A DNA stretch of 64,000 nt from contig CAZTYP010000029.1 in assembly GCA_964617555.1 (NCBI GenBank), forward strand, positions 372 through 64,371, given 5' to 3'. The stretch comes from an uncultured Melioribacteraceae bacterium. GTDB lineage: Bacteria > Bacteroidota > Ignavibacteria > Ignavibacteriales > Melioribacteraceae. The position numbers were made by a program, and so were the translations under genes. Every line of letters starts with the position of its first letter. The stretch's first letter is position 1. Below are positions 56,352 through 64,000 of this stretch, piece after piece. Under the pieces are notes generated by a model. It was given only the letters and a program-made list of their open reading frames with translations, made no database searches and had not been told where the DNA came from.

Positions 56352-57512
56352 TTATTTCAGTATTTTGTTTAATACTTCAACAACTTTATCCAATTGTTTG
56401 TAAGTAATAACTGCCGGAGGAAGTAAACGTAAAACAATTTTTCCGGCGGGCATTGCCAAAATACCTTCTTCCATTAATTGCTGAAGATAAGGTTGAACTT
56501 TCTCTTTCAATTCAATTCCAATCATTAAACCTTTGTGGCGTACAGCTCTTACTCTTGATAGGTTCTTAACATTTAATTTACTTATGAAATAATCGCCTTT
56601 CCGTGCCGCTTCTTCCGGCAAATTATTTTCGAGCATAAAATTAATGGCTGCCAATCCTGCAGCGGAAGCAAGGGGGTTACCTCCGAATGTTGTTCCGTGT
56701 TTACCGAAGGGTATATTGACCTTCTCCGAACAAATTGCCGCCCCGACAGGAAATCCTCCGGCAATACCTTTTGCAACGGTCATAATATCAGGTTCAATTC
56801 CGTAATGTTCAATAGCAAACATTTTCCCCGTTCGGCAAAATCCGGTTTGAATTTCGTCAACAATCATCATTACATTATGTTTATTGCATAATTCTCTTAC
56901 GCCGTCTAGGTATTCTTGTGTTGCAATATTAATTCCGCCTTCACCTTGAATAGGTTCAAGTATTATTCCCGCTGTTTTTTCCGTAATTGCCGCCTCCATT
57001 TTTTCCGGATTATTATATGGTACAAATGAAAATCCCGGGACAAGCGGTTCAAAAGGAGTTCTATATTCCGGTTTGTGAGTTCCGCTTAAAGCTCCCAGCG
57101 TTCTCCCATGAAATCCTTTCATGGTAGTGATAAAATCCGTCTTCCCGGTAGAAATTCGTGCAAATTTTATTGCGGCTTCCATTGCCTCGGTGCCGGAATT
57201 TGTTAGAAATGAGCGTGTTAAACTCGGCGGTGTAATTTGGTTTAATTTTTCCAGAAAAAGAGCTCGCGTATCATTGTAGAAAACACATGCATTTGTAATA
57301 AGTTTTTCAGCTTGTTCGGATATTGCCTTTACCACAGCAGTATTTGAGTGCCCTATTGTTGCAACCCCTATGCCTGCAGCACAATCAATATATTCCTTAC
57401 CATTTTCGTCCCAAACGGTTGCATCTTTCCCTTTTACGATAACTATATCCCTTTTGGGATAAACGGCAACTTCGTACTTGTCAATTAATTCTTTGTAATT
57501 TTTCATAATCAA
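56352..57512 (-). CDS. lysJ: [LysW]-aminoadipate semialdehyde / acetylornithine-type aminotransferase (class III PLP)
   Basis: The class III aminotransferase pattern is present: GIGVATIGHSN, NSGTEAMEAAIKFAR, DEIQTGFCRTGKMFA and TVAKGIAGGFP (PLP Lys). It sits in the LysW operon. Confidence 0.85.
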   Translation of the reverse strand: MIMKNYKELIDKYEVAVYPKRDIVIVKGKDATVWDENGKEYIDCAAGIGVATIGHSNTAVVKAISEQAEKLITNACVFYNDTRALFLEKLNQITPPSLTRSFLTNSGTEAMEAAIKFARISTGKTDFITTMKGFHGRTLGALSGTHKPEYRTPFEPLVPGFSFVPYNNPEKMEAAITEKTAGIILEPIQGEGGINIATQEYLDGVRELCNKHNVMMIVDEIQTGFCRTGKMFAIEHYGIEPDIMTVAKGIAGGFPVGAAICSEKVNIPFGKHGTTFGGNPLASAAGLAAINFMLENNLPEEAARKGDYFISKLNVKNLSRVRAVRHKGLMIGIELKEKVQPYLQQLMEEGILAMPAGKIVLRLLPPAVITYKQLDKVVEVLNKILK

Positions 57513-57602
57513 TATTTTTTTTGATAAAATTAAACATCAAATTTAGTTTTACGCTTTACCATATTCAAGCGATTATTTTAATAAAAGATTATAAAACTGA
57601 TT

Positions 57603-58394
57603 TTATTTAATTATTGTTCCTCCACCTTTCAAAGCAGCGGTAATCGGATTTTCTATTCTGCCGTCGCTTATATACAGAGTAACGTTTTTGTTTTCAAAGA
57701 GTTTTATTAAGGATTTCATTTTGCGTTTCATTCTTCCTTCAACCTGAGTTTCTCGTTTTTCCAGCTCTGTTTTGGATATTGTTTTTACAACGGAATCGGG
57801 ATTATTTGCATCTTCCAAAAAGCCGGGGGCTTCAATTAATTGTATTACTTTTTCAGCTTGCAGAGAAGATTGAAGCAAAGCAACAATATCATCATTTTCG
57901 GAACTGATTGCGAAATTGTTTTCATCAATTATCGGTACGGTAAGAACCGGAATATAACCGTTGTCAATTAATAATTGCAAAAGTTCGGTATTAATCATTT
58001 GTGGTTTTCCGGAAAAATCCCGTACAATTCTCAGCTTACCGTTTTCTTTTATACGAATTCCTTTGTTTCGTTTACCCTGTATTACTTTTCCGTCCAATCC
58101 ACTTAAACCAACTGCATTTATTCCGGCCTGCTGGCACATTTCCACAATTCGTTTGTTTCGTAAGCCGGAGTATGCCATCATCATAATATCCAATGCTTCT
58201 TTATCGCTAAAAACAGATAAATAGCCCGATGCGGAGATAAGGACTTGCTTTTCATAGTTAAGTTTTTTTGCCAGTTCGTCTCGTAATACATTTGCACCGT
58301 GAACAATAATAAACTCATCGTCAAAATTTTTTAGGTCGTTAATAATTGCTTCCAAATTAATAGAGGCACCGCCTCCGATTTTTATTATGGTCAT
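57603..58394 (-). CDS. lysZ: [LysW]-aminoadipate kinase (amino acid kinase family, LysZ type)
   Basis: MTIIKIGGG, IVHGAN, GLSGLDG, VEGRMKRKM and SDGRIENPITAALKGGGTII closely track my memory of Thermus LysZ (GRMKRK, ADGRVENPI). Confidence 0.85.
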   Translation of the reverse strand: MTIIKIGGGASINLEAIINDLKNFDDEFIIVHGANVLRDELAKKLNYEKQVLISASGYLSVFSDKEALDIMMMAYSGLRNKRIVEMCQQAGINAVGLSGLDGKVIQGKRNKGIRIKENGKLRIVRDFSGKPQMINTELLQLLIDNGYIPVLTVPIIDENNFAISSENDDIVALLQSSLQAEKVIQLIEAPGFLEDANNPDSVVKTISKTELEKRETQVEGRMKRKMKSLIKLFENKNVTLYISDGRIENPITAALKGGGTIIK

Positions 58395-59029
58395 TTAAAA
58401 ACTCCGTTTGTTTTATTATTAATTATTTCCCAGCCGCTTTCTTTCGGATAAACTTGTGAGCAGATTATTAATTTGTCTTCTGTTTTTTTGTAGTGCATTT
58501 GAAAATAATTTGCATCTTCGTTGAAAAGGGAGGAGTAATAAACCGTATTTTGATCGGTAATTATGATATTCATTGCACGAATGTGAGCAGTTCGTTTTTT
58601 AATAATGTTAACAGCTTTTGGAAGTGCCTCTGCCATTCCGTTTTTATTAAAGCGCTTAATAAAGTTAAATATTTTCTCTGCTCCTATTCGGCCTTCCGCT
58701 TTTATTTTTACTCCGCGCAATTCTCCGTTAAAGATAAAAATATATTTATCATCATAGAACGGCATGTTGTTTTCAACAACAATATCTTTATCTTCAAACG
58801 CACTGCGTGCGTGAGCAATTAAACGTGTTGTTTTGCCGAATTGTTCAAGGTTATCTTCCCAAATAGGTTTGATATTTTTGTAATGAATCCATTTGTTGTT
58901 TTTTAAAAAACTGCAACCCCAACCGTGGCCTTGGTATTCTTTACTTGTTTTGGCAATCACCGCAAATTTATTAAGATGATTACTTATTGAAAATTCCGTT
59001 TTATCTTTTATAAATAGTAGTCTGCACAT
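58391..59029 (-). CDS. Class II (Ntn, Cys-nucleophile) glutamine amidotransferase-like amidohydrolase (YafJ/EgtC-like)
   Basis: Begins MC (MCRLLFIK), so Cys2 could be the N-terminal nucleophile after Met removal. GHGWG, HARSAF...ENNMPF and FIFNGELRG motifs fit GATase_4/6-type proteins. It overlaps lysZ by 4 nt and lies 14 nt downstream of lysY. Confidence 0.6.
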   Translation of the reverse strand: MCRLLFIKDKTEFSISNHLNKFAVIAKTSKEYQGHGWGCSFLKNNKWIHYKNIKPIWEDNLEQFGKTTRLIAHARSAFEDKDIVVENNMPFYDDKYIFIFNGELRGVKIKAEGRIGAEKIFNFIKRFNKNGMAEALPKAVNIIKKRTAHIRAMNIIITDQNTVYYSSLFNEDANYFQMHYKKTEDKLIICSQVYPKESGWEIINNKTNGVFK

Positions 59030-59043
59030 ATTTTATATCTCCG

Positions 59044-60090
59044 TTAAATCGGGTGAAGCCCCGGAAATTCAAGTCCTGTTGTTTCGTTTAATCCGTGCAT
59101 AATATTAAATGCTTGTAATGCTTGTCCTGCAGCTCCTTTCATCAAATTATCAATGGCACTTATAACTACAAGTCGATTGGAATGCGGATCTTTTTCAAAC
59201 CCTATATCGCAATAGTTTGTGCCTATACAGAGTTTCGGCTCGGGGTATCTGTAATTTCCCTCACGTTCTTTAATAATTCTTATAAACGGTTCATCTTTAT
59301 ATGCTTCTCTGTAAATTTTCCAAATATCTTTTTCGCTTAGGTTTTCTTTAAGAAAAATATGGCTTGTTGCCATTGTTCCTCTAATCATATCCACGGATGT
59401 TGCTGAAAAATGAATTTCAATTTTTTTACCGAAAGAAAGTTCCTGAATTATTTCTGCAGCATGCCTGTGAGCTGTTGGTTTATACGAACGCATTGCTCCG
59501 CTACGCTCCGGATGATGAGAGGCAAACGATGCTTTTTTACCCCCTTCGCTGGAACCTACCTTTACTTCAACTACGGTTCTTGCCGTTTCTGCCAATCCGT
59601 TTTTATAGAGTGGATAAAGTCCCAATATTGTAGTGGTTGCATTGCATCCCGCACTGGAAATATATGTTGCATTACGCATTTCTTCTCTGTGCAATTCCGG
59701 TATTCCGTAAATAAACTTATTTAACATTTCCGGTTTTAGATGTGTTTGTTTGTACCATTTCTCAAATTCATTTACATCGTTTAATCTGAAATCGCCGCTT
59801 AAATCAATAATTCGTTCGGCAAAATTTTTATATTCATCAATCCTTTTCATCGATTCGCCATGTGGCGTGCAAAGGAAAAGTGTATCTACTTTTTCCAATT
59901 CATCCACACTACAAAATTTTAATGATGTAACCTTCCGCAAATTGGGATGAGCTTTATGAGCAAGTTTCCCGTAATAAGAATTTGAAGTAATCTGTTTTAC
60001 TTCTACATTCGGATGGAATAGAAGAAGTCTTAAAAGTTCCCCGCCTGTATATCCAGATGCTCCTATTATTGCAACGCTTATTCTATTCAT
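59044..60090 (-). CDS. lysY: [LysW]-aminoadipate 6-phosphate reductase / N-acetyl-gamma-glutamyl-phosphate reductase family
   Basis: VAIIGASGYTGGELLRLL NAD motif. SSAGCNATT active-site Cys block and a C-terminal DNLMKGAAGQA. Confidence 0.9.
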   Translation of the reverse strand: MNRISVAIIGASGYTGGELLRLLLFHPNVEVKQITSNSYYGKLAHKAHPNLRKVTSLKFCSVDELEKVDTLFLCTPHGESMKRIDEYKNFAERIIDLSGDFRLNDVNEFEKWYKQTHLKPEMLNKFIYGIPELHREEMRNATYISSAGCNATTTILGLYPLYKNGLAETARTVVEVKVGSSEGGKKASFASHHPERSGAMRSYKPTAHRHAAEIIQELSFGKKIEIHFSATSVDMIRGTMATSHIFLKENLSEKDIWKIYREAYKDEPFIRIIKEREGNYRYPEPKLCIGTNYCDIGFEKDPHSNRLVVISAIDNLMKGAAGQALQAFNIMHGLNETTGLEFPGLHPI

Positions 60091-60939
60091 TTAGTTTTCC
60101 TCCGCTACTTTTAGAACATAATCAACAACCTTTTCCGGAATATTTACACCGGTTGTAGTAATGCTGTTTTTGAATTCCATTGTATAGTTGACTTCATTAA
60201 CCAATAGTTTTTCACCCTCTTCAAACAAATCGATTGCTACAATTCCGCCGCCCACTGCTTTTGCTGCGGCAACCGACAGCTCGGCAATTGTTTTCGTTAC
60301 TTCGCATTTTGTTGCCTCGCCCCCTTTTGCCGTATTGGTAATCCAGTGAGGAGAGTTGCGATATATTGCGGCAATACATTTATCGCCTACAACAAAACTT
60401 CTGATATCACGACCTTCTTTTTTATTTATATATTCCTGAATATAGAAGATGGAATGGTGATAAGTACCAAGCACGGTTTTGTGTTCAAGTATTGATTCGG
60501 CTGCATCTCTATCGTTTATTTTGGAGAGTAATCTGCCCCAGGAGCCGACAGCGGGTTTGAGTACAACGGGATAACCCAATTCTTCAATCGCTTCTAGAGC
60601 CGATGCCTCTGTAAAGGCGATTTTAACTTTGGGCTGGGGGATGTTATTATCTTTCAACGCTGCAGAGGTTAAAAGTTTATCGCCACAAACGGAAGCAACC
60701 TCAAAAGAATTTACACATTTAACGCCCGCACTTTCAAAAAGACGCAATGCGTGTAAAGCTCTGGAATGGTTTATTGAACGTTCAATTACAATATCAAAAT
60801 CAAATTTATTTTCGGAAAGATCAAACTTTAATTTTCTATCGTCAATCATTACAAGTTTTATATTTTCACGTTTGTTAAATTCTTCAATCAATAATTTTTC
60901 ATCTTTTCTAATCAACGAATGTAAAAATCCGACTTTCAT
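60091..60939 (-). CDS. lysX: LysW--alpha-aminoadipate ligase (RimK-type ATP-grasp, LysX)
   Basis: [78 protein letters not shown] and [14 protein letters not shown] match remembered LysX blocks nearly motif for motif. Confidence 0.9.
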   Translation of the reverse strand: MKVGFLHSLIRKDEKLLIEEFNKRENIKLVMIDDRKLKFDLSENKFDFDIVIERSINHSRALHALRLFESAGVKCVNSFEVASVCGDKLLTSAALKDNNIPQPKVKIAFTEASALEAIEELGYPVVLKPAVGSWGRLLSKINDRDAAESILEHKTVLGTYHHSIFYIQEYINKKEGRDIRSFVVGDKCIAAIYRNSPHWITNTAKGGEATKCEVTKTIAELSVAAAKAVGGGIVAIDLFEEGEKLLVNEVNYTMEFKNSITTTGVNIPEKVVDYVLKVAEEN

Positions 60940-61004
60940 TGGTCTTCTCCTTAGTTTTAATTTTATTGCTTATGTAAAATGGTATAAGAAAATAACTAAG
61001 TATG

Positions 61005-62171
61005 TTACTTAGACTTTTGCTTATGTTTGTAGTTTTGTTTTATGAAATGTACTATGTGTGGCAGTTCGCTTAGTTCAACTATTCTTCCTTTTTGTCCGAT
61101 GTTTTTCACCTCGGATAAAACTTCTTGTTGAAGTTCTTCGGGAAGCTCTGTTTCATTAATTAAATTTAAAGCAAATTTTAACGAGGCTATACCCGACATA
61201 TGATCTAAGGCAAAATGTGTTTCTTTGCCGAGTAACAGAGGGCTTAAACTTTCATAATGTGTAGGATTTATAGAGGCTGCATGAGTATGTACACCGGCAC
61301 AATGCGTAAAGGCATGTTTACCCATAACGGGATAATTACGCGGAATTGGAACACCAGAATGTGTACTTACAAATTTGTAAAGTTCTTCTAATTTCGTTAA
61401 ATCCCATTCAGTAATTCCGAAATCGGTAGAAAGAACAACAAGCAATTGTGCAAGGTCAACAATGCCGGCACGTTCTCCAAGGCCTAAAACCGAGGCATCA
61501 ATAATTTCGGCTCCGGCATGAAATGCATCAAGAGCATTAGCCAGCGCAAGGCCTCTGTCGTTATGGCAATGCACGGCTATTTTAGGGGATAGTCCCTCTG
61601 CTGCAAGCCCGCTTTTTAATTTTGAAATGTAATCGTACATATTTCTGTCTGTTCCCGGAATCATATAACCGGTTGTATCGGCAACACTTATCACATCCGC
61701 TCCTGCTTTTACAGCGGCAACAGAAGCTCTTAAAACATTATCAAATTCCGACCGTACGGTATCTTCGGGGGTATAACGAATAGTAATATCGGGATTGACC
61801 GTTTTGGCATATTTAATTACGTCTGTAATTTGTTCAATTGCCTGTTCCAACTCTTTTTTAAAAACGGTGTTTAATCTGTCGTCTGACACACAATAAAATA
61901 TCCCTATAAAATTAACACCGCAGCTAAGGGCAAGCTCAACATCCCCTTTAAGGGAACGTGCATGAGCACCGATAGTGGCATCAAATCCGCTGTTTGCAAT
62001 AATTTGAACCGAATCGTGAATTTCTTGAGTTACGGAAGGATGCCCCGTTTCTATGATGTTAACACCAATGTCGTTAAGCATTTTTGCAATTGCCAACTTA
62101 ATATGTTTATCAAAATAAACACCCGGTGTTTGCTCTCCTTCGCGTAATGTTGAATCGAGAATTTGAAGCAA
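61005..62171 (-). CDS. Homocitrate synthase-like enzyme (HCS/IPMS/CimA DRE-TIM family, short form without the LeuA regulatory domain)
   Basis: ILDSTLREGEQTPGV, HCHNDRGLALANAL and GLGERAGI motifs. At 388 aa it fits HCS rather than long IPMS, and it lies directly downstream of lysW. Confidence 0.75.
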   Translation of the reverse strand: MLQILDSTLREGEQTPGVYFDKHIKLAIAKMLNDIGVNIIETGHPSVTQEIHDSVQIIANSGFDATIGAHARSLKGDVELALSCGVNFIGIFYCVSDDRLNTVFKKELEQAIEQITDVIKYAKTVNPDITIRYTPEDTVRSEFDNVLRASVAAVKAGADVISVADTTGYMIPGTDRNMYDYISKLKSGLAAEGLSPKIAVHCHNDRGLALANALDAFHAGAEIIDASVLGLGERAGIVDLAQLLVVLSTDFGITEWDLTKLEELYKFVSTHSGVPIPRNYPVMGKHAFTHCAGVHTHAASINPTHYESLSPLLLGKETHFALDHMSGIASLKFALNLINETELPEELQQEVLSEVKNIGQKGRIVELSELPHIVHFIKQNYKHKQKSK

Positions 62172-62173
62172 TT

Positions 62174-62338
62174 TTATTCTCCCCAGTCTTCTTCTTCTTG
62201 AGGAGCTTCTTCAACTTCAAAGGGCTCAAGATTAATAACTTCAAGTTCCGTCCCGCAGTCGGGGCATTCAAGCAATTCGCCTACAACTGTATCGGCAGCT
62301 CTTTTAATTTCGGCTCCGCAAATAGGGCATTCTGTCAT
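62174..62338 (-). CDS. lysW: Amino-group carrier protein LysW
   Basis: 54 aa: MTECPICGAEIKRAADTVVGELLECPDCGTELEVINLEPFEVEEAPQEEEDWGE. It has a CxxC...CxxC zinc ribbon plus an acidic tail ending in the hallmark EDWGE. I chose the start at 62338 (AAGGA RBS upstream) rather than the track's 62401. Confidence 0.9.
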   Translation of the reverse strand: MTECPICGAEIKRAADTVVGELLECPDCGTELEVINLEPFEVEEAPQEEEDWGE

Positions 62339-62440
62339 TTTGAAATCCTTAAATAATTTAAAAAGTTGTGCAAAAATAATGCGAAAAAAAAATATATGCA
62401 AATTAATATAATTAAAACGAAGTTATTGCAAATGAAATAA

Positions 62441-62473
62441 TAACATATTAAGATATGTTACGGTTTCCGTAAC
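62441..62473. promoter_or_regulatory. Two overlapping perfect inverted repeats upstream of lysW; candidate operator or leader RNA switch
   Basis: TAACATAT-TAAG-ATATGTTA (62441-62460) and GTTACGG-TTT-CCGTAAC (62457-62473) share the GTTA at 62457-62460. They lie 103-135 nt upstream of the lysW ATG, in the 388-nt lysW/fumC divergent intergenic region. Confidence 0.35.
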
Positions 62474-62726
62474 AAATTAATACCTCTTTATTTTCAACAG
62501 ATTAACTTATTATACGAAAAGACTAATTAATTTTTTTGAGTTAAAAAAAAACGGATTTTAAAATATTTATTAAAACCGATTTTCTTTGTTTTAGCGGTAT
62601 TTGTTATTTAGGTATTTAAAAAGCGGAATCCGGTGCGGTTATGATATCCTATTTTATTTTGGAAATTGAAACTAATAAATGTAATTTTTGATGTAAAATA
62701 ATTAACAAAATTCAGGAGAAAAAGAG

Positions 62727-64000
62727 ATGGATTACAGAATTGAAACTGACTCAATGGGCGAAGTTCAAGTCCCATCCGACAAGTATTACGGTGCACAAAC
62801 GGCACGTTCGTTAATGAATTTTAAAATAGGCGGTGAAAGATTTCCGAGAGAGTTAATAAGAGCATTGGGCATCTTAAAAAAAGCTGCCGCTCAAGCTAAT
62901 ACAGAATTGGGAATGCTCCCGCAAGAAAAGGCCGATTTAATTATTAAAGCTGCCGACGAAGTTATTGAAGGCAAATTAGACGAGCATTTCCCTTTGGTGG
63001 TATGGCAAACCGGCAGTGGAACACAAACAAATATGAATTCAAACGAGGTAATTGCAAACAGAGCAATTGAAATTGCCGGCGGTGAATTGGGGAGCAAAAA
63101 ACCTATTCATCCAAATGATGATGTAAACAAAGCTCAATCCTCTAACGATACTTTCCCGACCGCAATGCATATTGCCGCCGTAGAAGAAGTTTACAGACGT
63201 TTAATACCGATGATTACAAAGTTACGCGATGCATTGGCCGAAAAATCGGAAGAATTTAAAGATATAATCAAAATAGGGCGTACTCACTTAATGGATGCTA
63301 CGCCTTTAACTTTGGGGCAAGAGTTTTCGGGATATGTTCAACAGTTGAATAACGGTTTGGATAGAATTAATGCCGCATTACCGAGGCTTTCGCAGCTTGC
63401 GCTTGGCGGGACAGCTGTAGGAACAGGTTTAAACACACATAAAGATTTTGCTCAATTGGCTGCAAAAAAAATATCTGAAATTACCGGCAAAAAATTTACT
63501 TCCGCACCCAATAAATTTGAGGCGCTTGCCGCTCACGATGCTATTGTTGAATTTAGTGGTGTGCTTAAAACCATAGCTGCCGGGCTTCATAAAATTGCTA
63601 ACGATATCCGCTGGATGGGCTCAGGTCCTCGAAGCGGTTTGGGAGAATTATCTCTTCCCGCAAATGAACCCGGAAGTTCCATTATGCCCGGTAAAGTAAA
63701 TCCTACGCAGGCCGAAGCTCTTACCATGGTTGCCGCACAGGTTTTCGGAAATGATGCCACAATCGGTTTTGCAGGGGCAAGCGGTAATTTTGAACTTAAT
63801 GTTTATAAACCGGTAATGATTTACAACTTACTTCAATCCATAAGATTAATTTCCGATGCTGCCGAAAGTTTTACTGACCATATGGTGGTGGGCATAAAAC
63901 CGAATAAGGACAGAATTAAAGAATTATTGAATCAGTCCTTAATGCTTGTTACTGCATTAAACCCCCATATTGGGTATGATAATGCTGCAAAGGTTGCCAA
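62727..64000 (+). CDS. fumC: Fumarate hydratase class II (partial; continues past the window end)
   Basis: The ATG at 62727 follows an [60 protein letters not shown] and the signature [13 protein letters not shown] are present. No stop occurs before 64000, which is why the ORF track lacks it. Confidence 0.95.
   Translation, partial: MDYRIETDSMGEVQVPSDKYYGAQTARSLMNFKIGGERFPRELIRALGILKKAAAQANTELGMLPQEKADLIIKAADEVIEGKLDEHFPLVVWQTGSGTQTNMNSNEVIANRAIEIAGGELGSKKPIHPNDDVNKAQSSNDTFPTAMHIAAVEEVYRRLIPMITKLRDALAEKSEEFKDIIKIGRTHLMDATPLTLGQEFSGYVQQLNNGLDRINAALPRLSQLALGGTAVGTGLNTHKDFAQLAAKKISEITGKKFTSAPNKFEALAAHDAIVEFSGVLKTIAAGLHKIANDIRWMGSGPRSGLGELSLPANEPGSSIMPGKVNPTQAEALTMVAAQVFGNDATIGFAGASGNFELNVYKPVMIYNLLQSIRLISDAAESFTDHMVVGIKPNKDRIKELLNQSLMLVTALNPHIGYDNAAKVA

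Noticed and set aside
62339-62401. 21-codon N-terminal extension of lysW in the ORF track (MHIFFFRIIFAQLFKLFKDFK)
   Set aside because: LysW proteins are about 54 aa and start at the zinc ribbon. The internal Met (62338) has an AAGGA RBS at the right distance. The extension is hydrophobic and AT-driven.
62339-62726. Search for a lysine (L-box) riboswitch or amino-acid leader peptide in the lysW leader
   Set aside because: The region is extremely AT-rich. I could not find the GC-rich conserved helices or the core of the L-box, nor a Lys/Arg-rich leader ORF. Only the two short palindromes reported separately stand out. A covariance-model scan (Rfam Lysine, T-box) would be needed to exclude it formally.

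Overview
All calls below come from reading motifs by eye; no database search or computation was run.

This is a dense, almost fully coding chromosomal segment of about 60 genes from an AT-rich, low-GC bacterium. I found no rRNA, tRNA, CRISPR array, transposase, integrase or phage genes.

The envelope genes suggest the FCB superphylum (Bacteroidota/Ignavibacteriota-like), but that lineage assignment is inference. The supporting genes are:
- two proteins with type IX secretion (T9SS) C-terminal sorting domains
- PorV/PorQ-like outer-membrane barrels
- a PorU-like C25 peptidase
- a TPR/DUF4292/M23 trio
- a Bacteroidetes-type histone-H1-like protein

Layout of the window:
1. 2-295: 3' end of a regulator gene.
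2. 292-7354: Wzx-type glycan locus (GT4, FrhB-like Fe-S protein, pyruvyl transferase, methyltransferase, deacetylase-like protein, flippase), followed by an outer-membrane protein, a membrane protein and an SGNH hydrolase.
3. 10174-14927: tightly overlapping operon of a UPF0104 flippase-like protein, GT2, NodB deacetylase, GT2 and an M50 protease.
4. 15154-21537: six-gene T9SS-associated operon (lipoprotein, BNR propeller cargo, two PorV/PorQ paralogs, FemAB/VimA-like protein, GT4/VimF-like protein).
5. About 21581-21673: SRP RNA.
6. 21776-34868: ABC-2 exporter, hbd-ackA, SDR, FAD protein, hydrolase, membrane HdrD-like Fe-S oxidoreductase, histone-like protein, CapA, TPR lipoprotein and DUF58.
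7. 35049-37711: an odd Tyr-rich, Ser/Arg-rich lipoprotein followed by a FadL/PorV-like barrel.
8. 37820-42704: rsgA, TPR lipoprotein, DUF4292 and an EnvC-like M23 protein.
9. 42804-50952: second Wzx glycan locus with UDP-galactopyranose mutase, GT4, GT2, GT9, GT4, methyltransferase and GT26.
10. 51007-56310: a 1767-aa PorU-like C25 peptidase.
11. 56352-62338, minus strand: LysW carrier-protein lysine (alpha-aminoadipate-type) operon with homocitrate synthase, LysX, LysY, LysZ and LysJ.
12. 62727 to the window end: fumC, truncated.

The most interesting candidates are:
- A class-II (Ntn) glutamine-amidotransferase-like gene embedded in the LysW operon where no LysK is visible.
- The T9SS cargo / PorV / Vim-like operon.
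- The Ser/Arg-rich lipoprotein.
- The flippase-like / GT2 / NodB / GT2 module.
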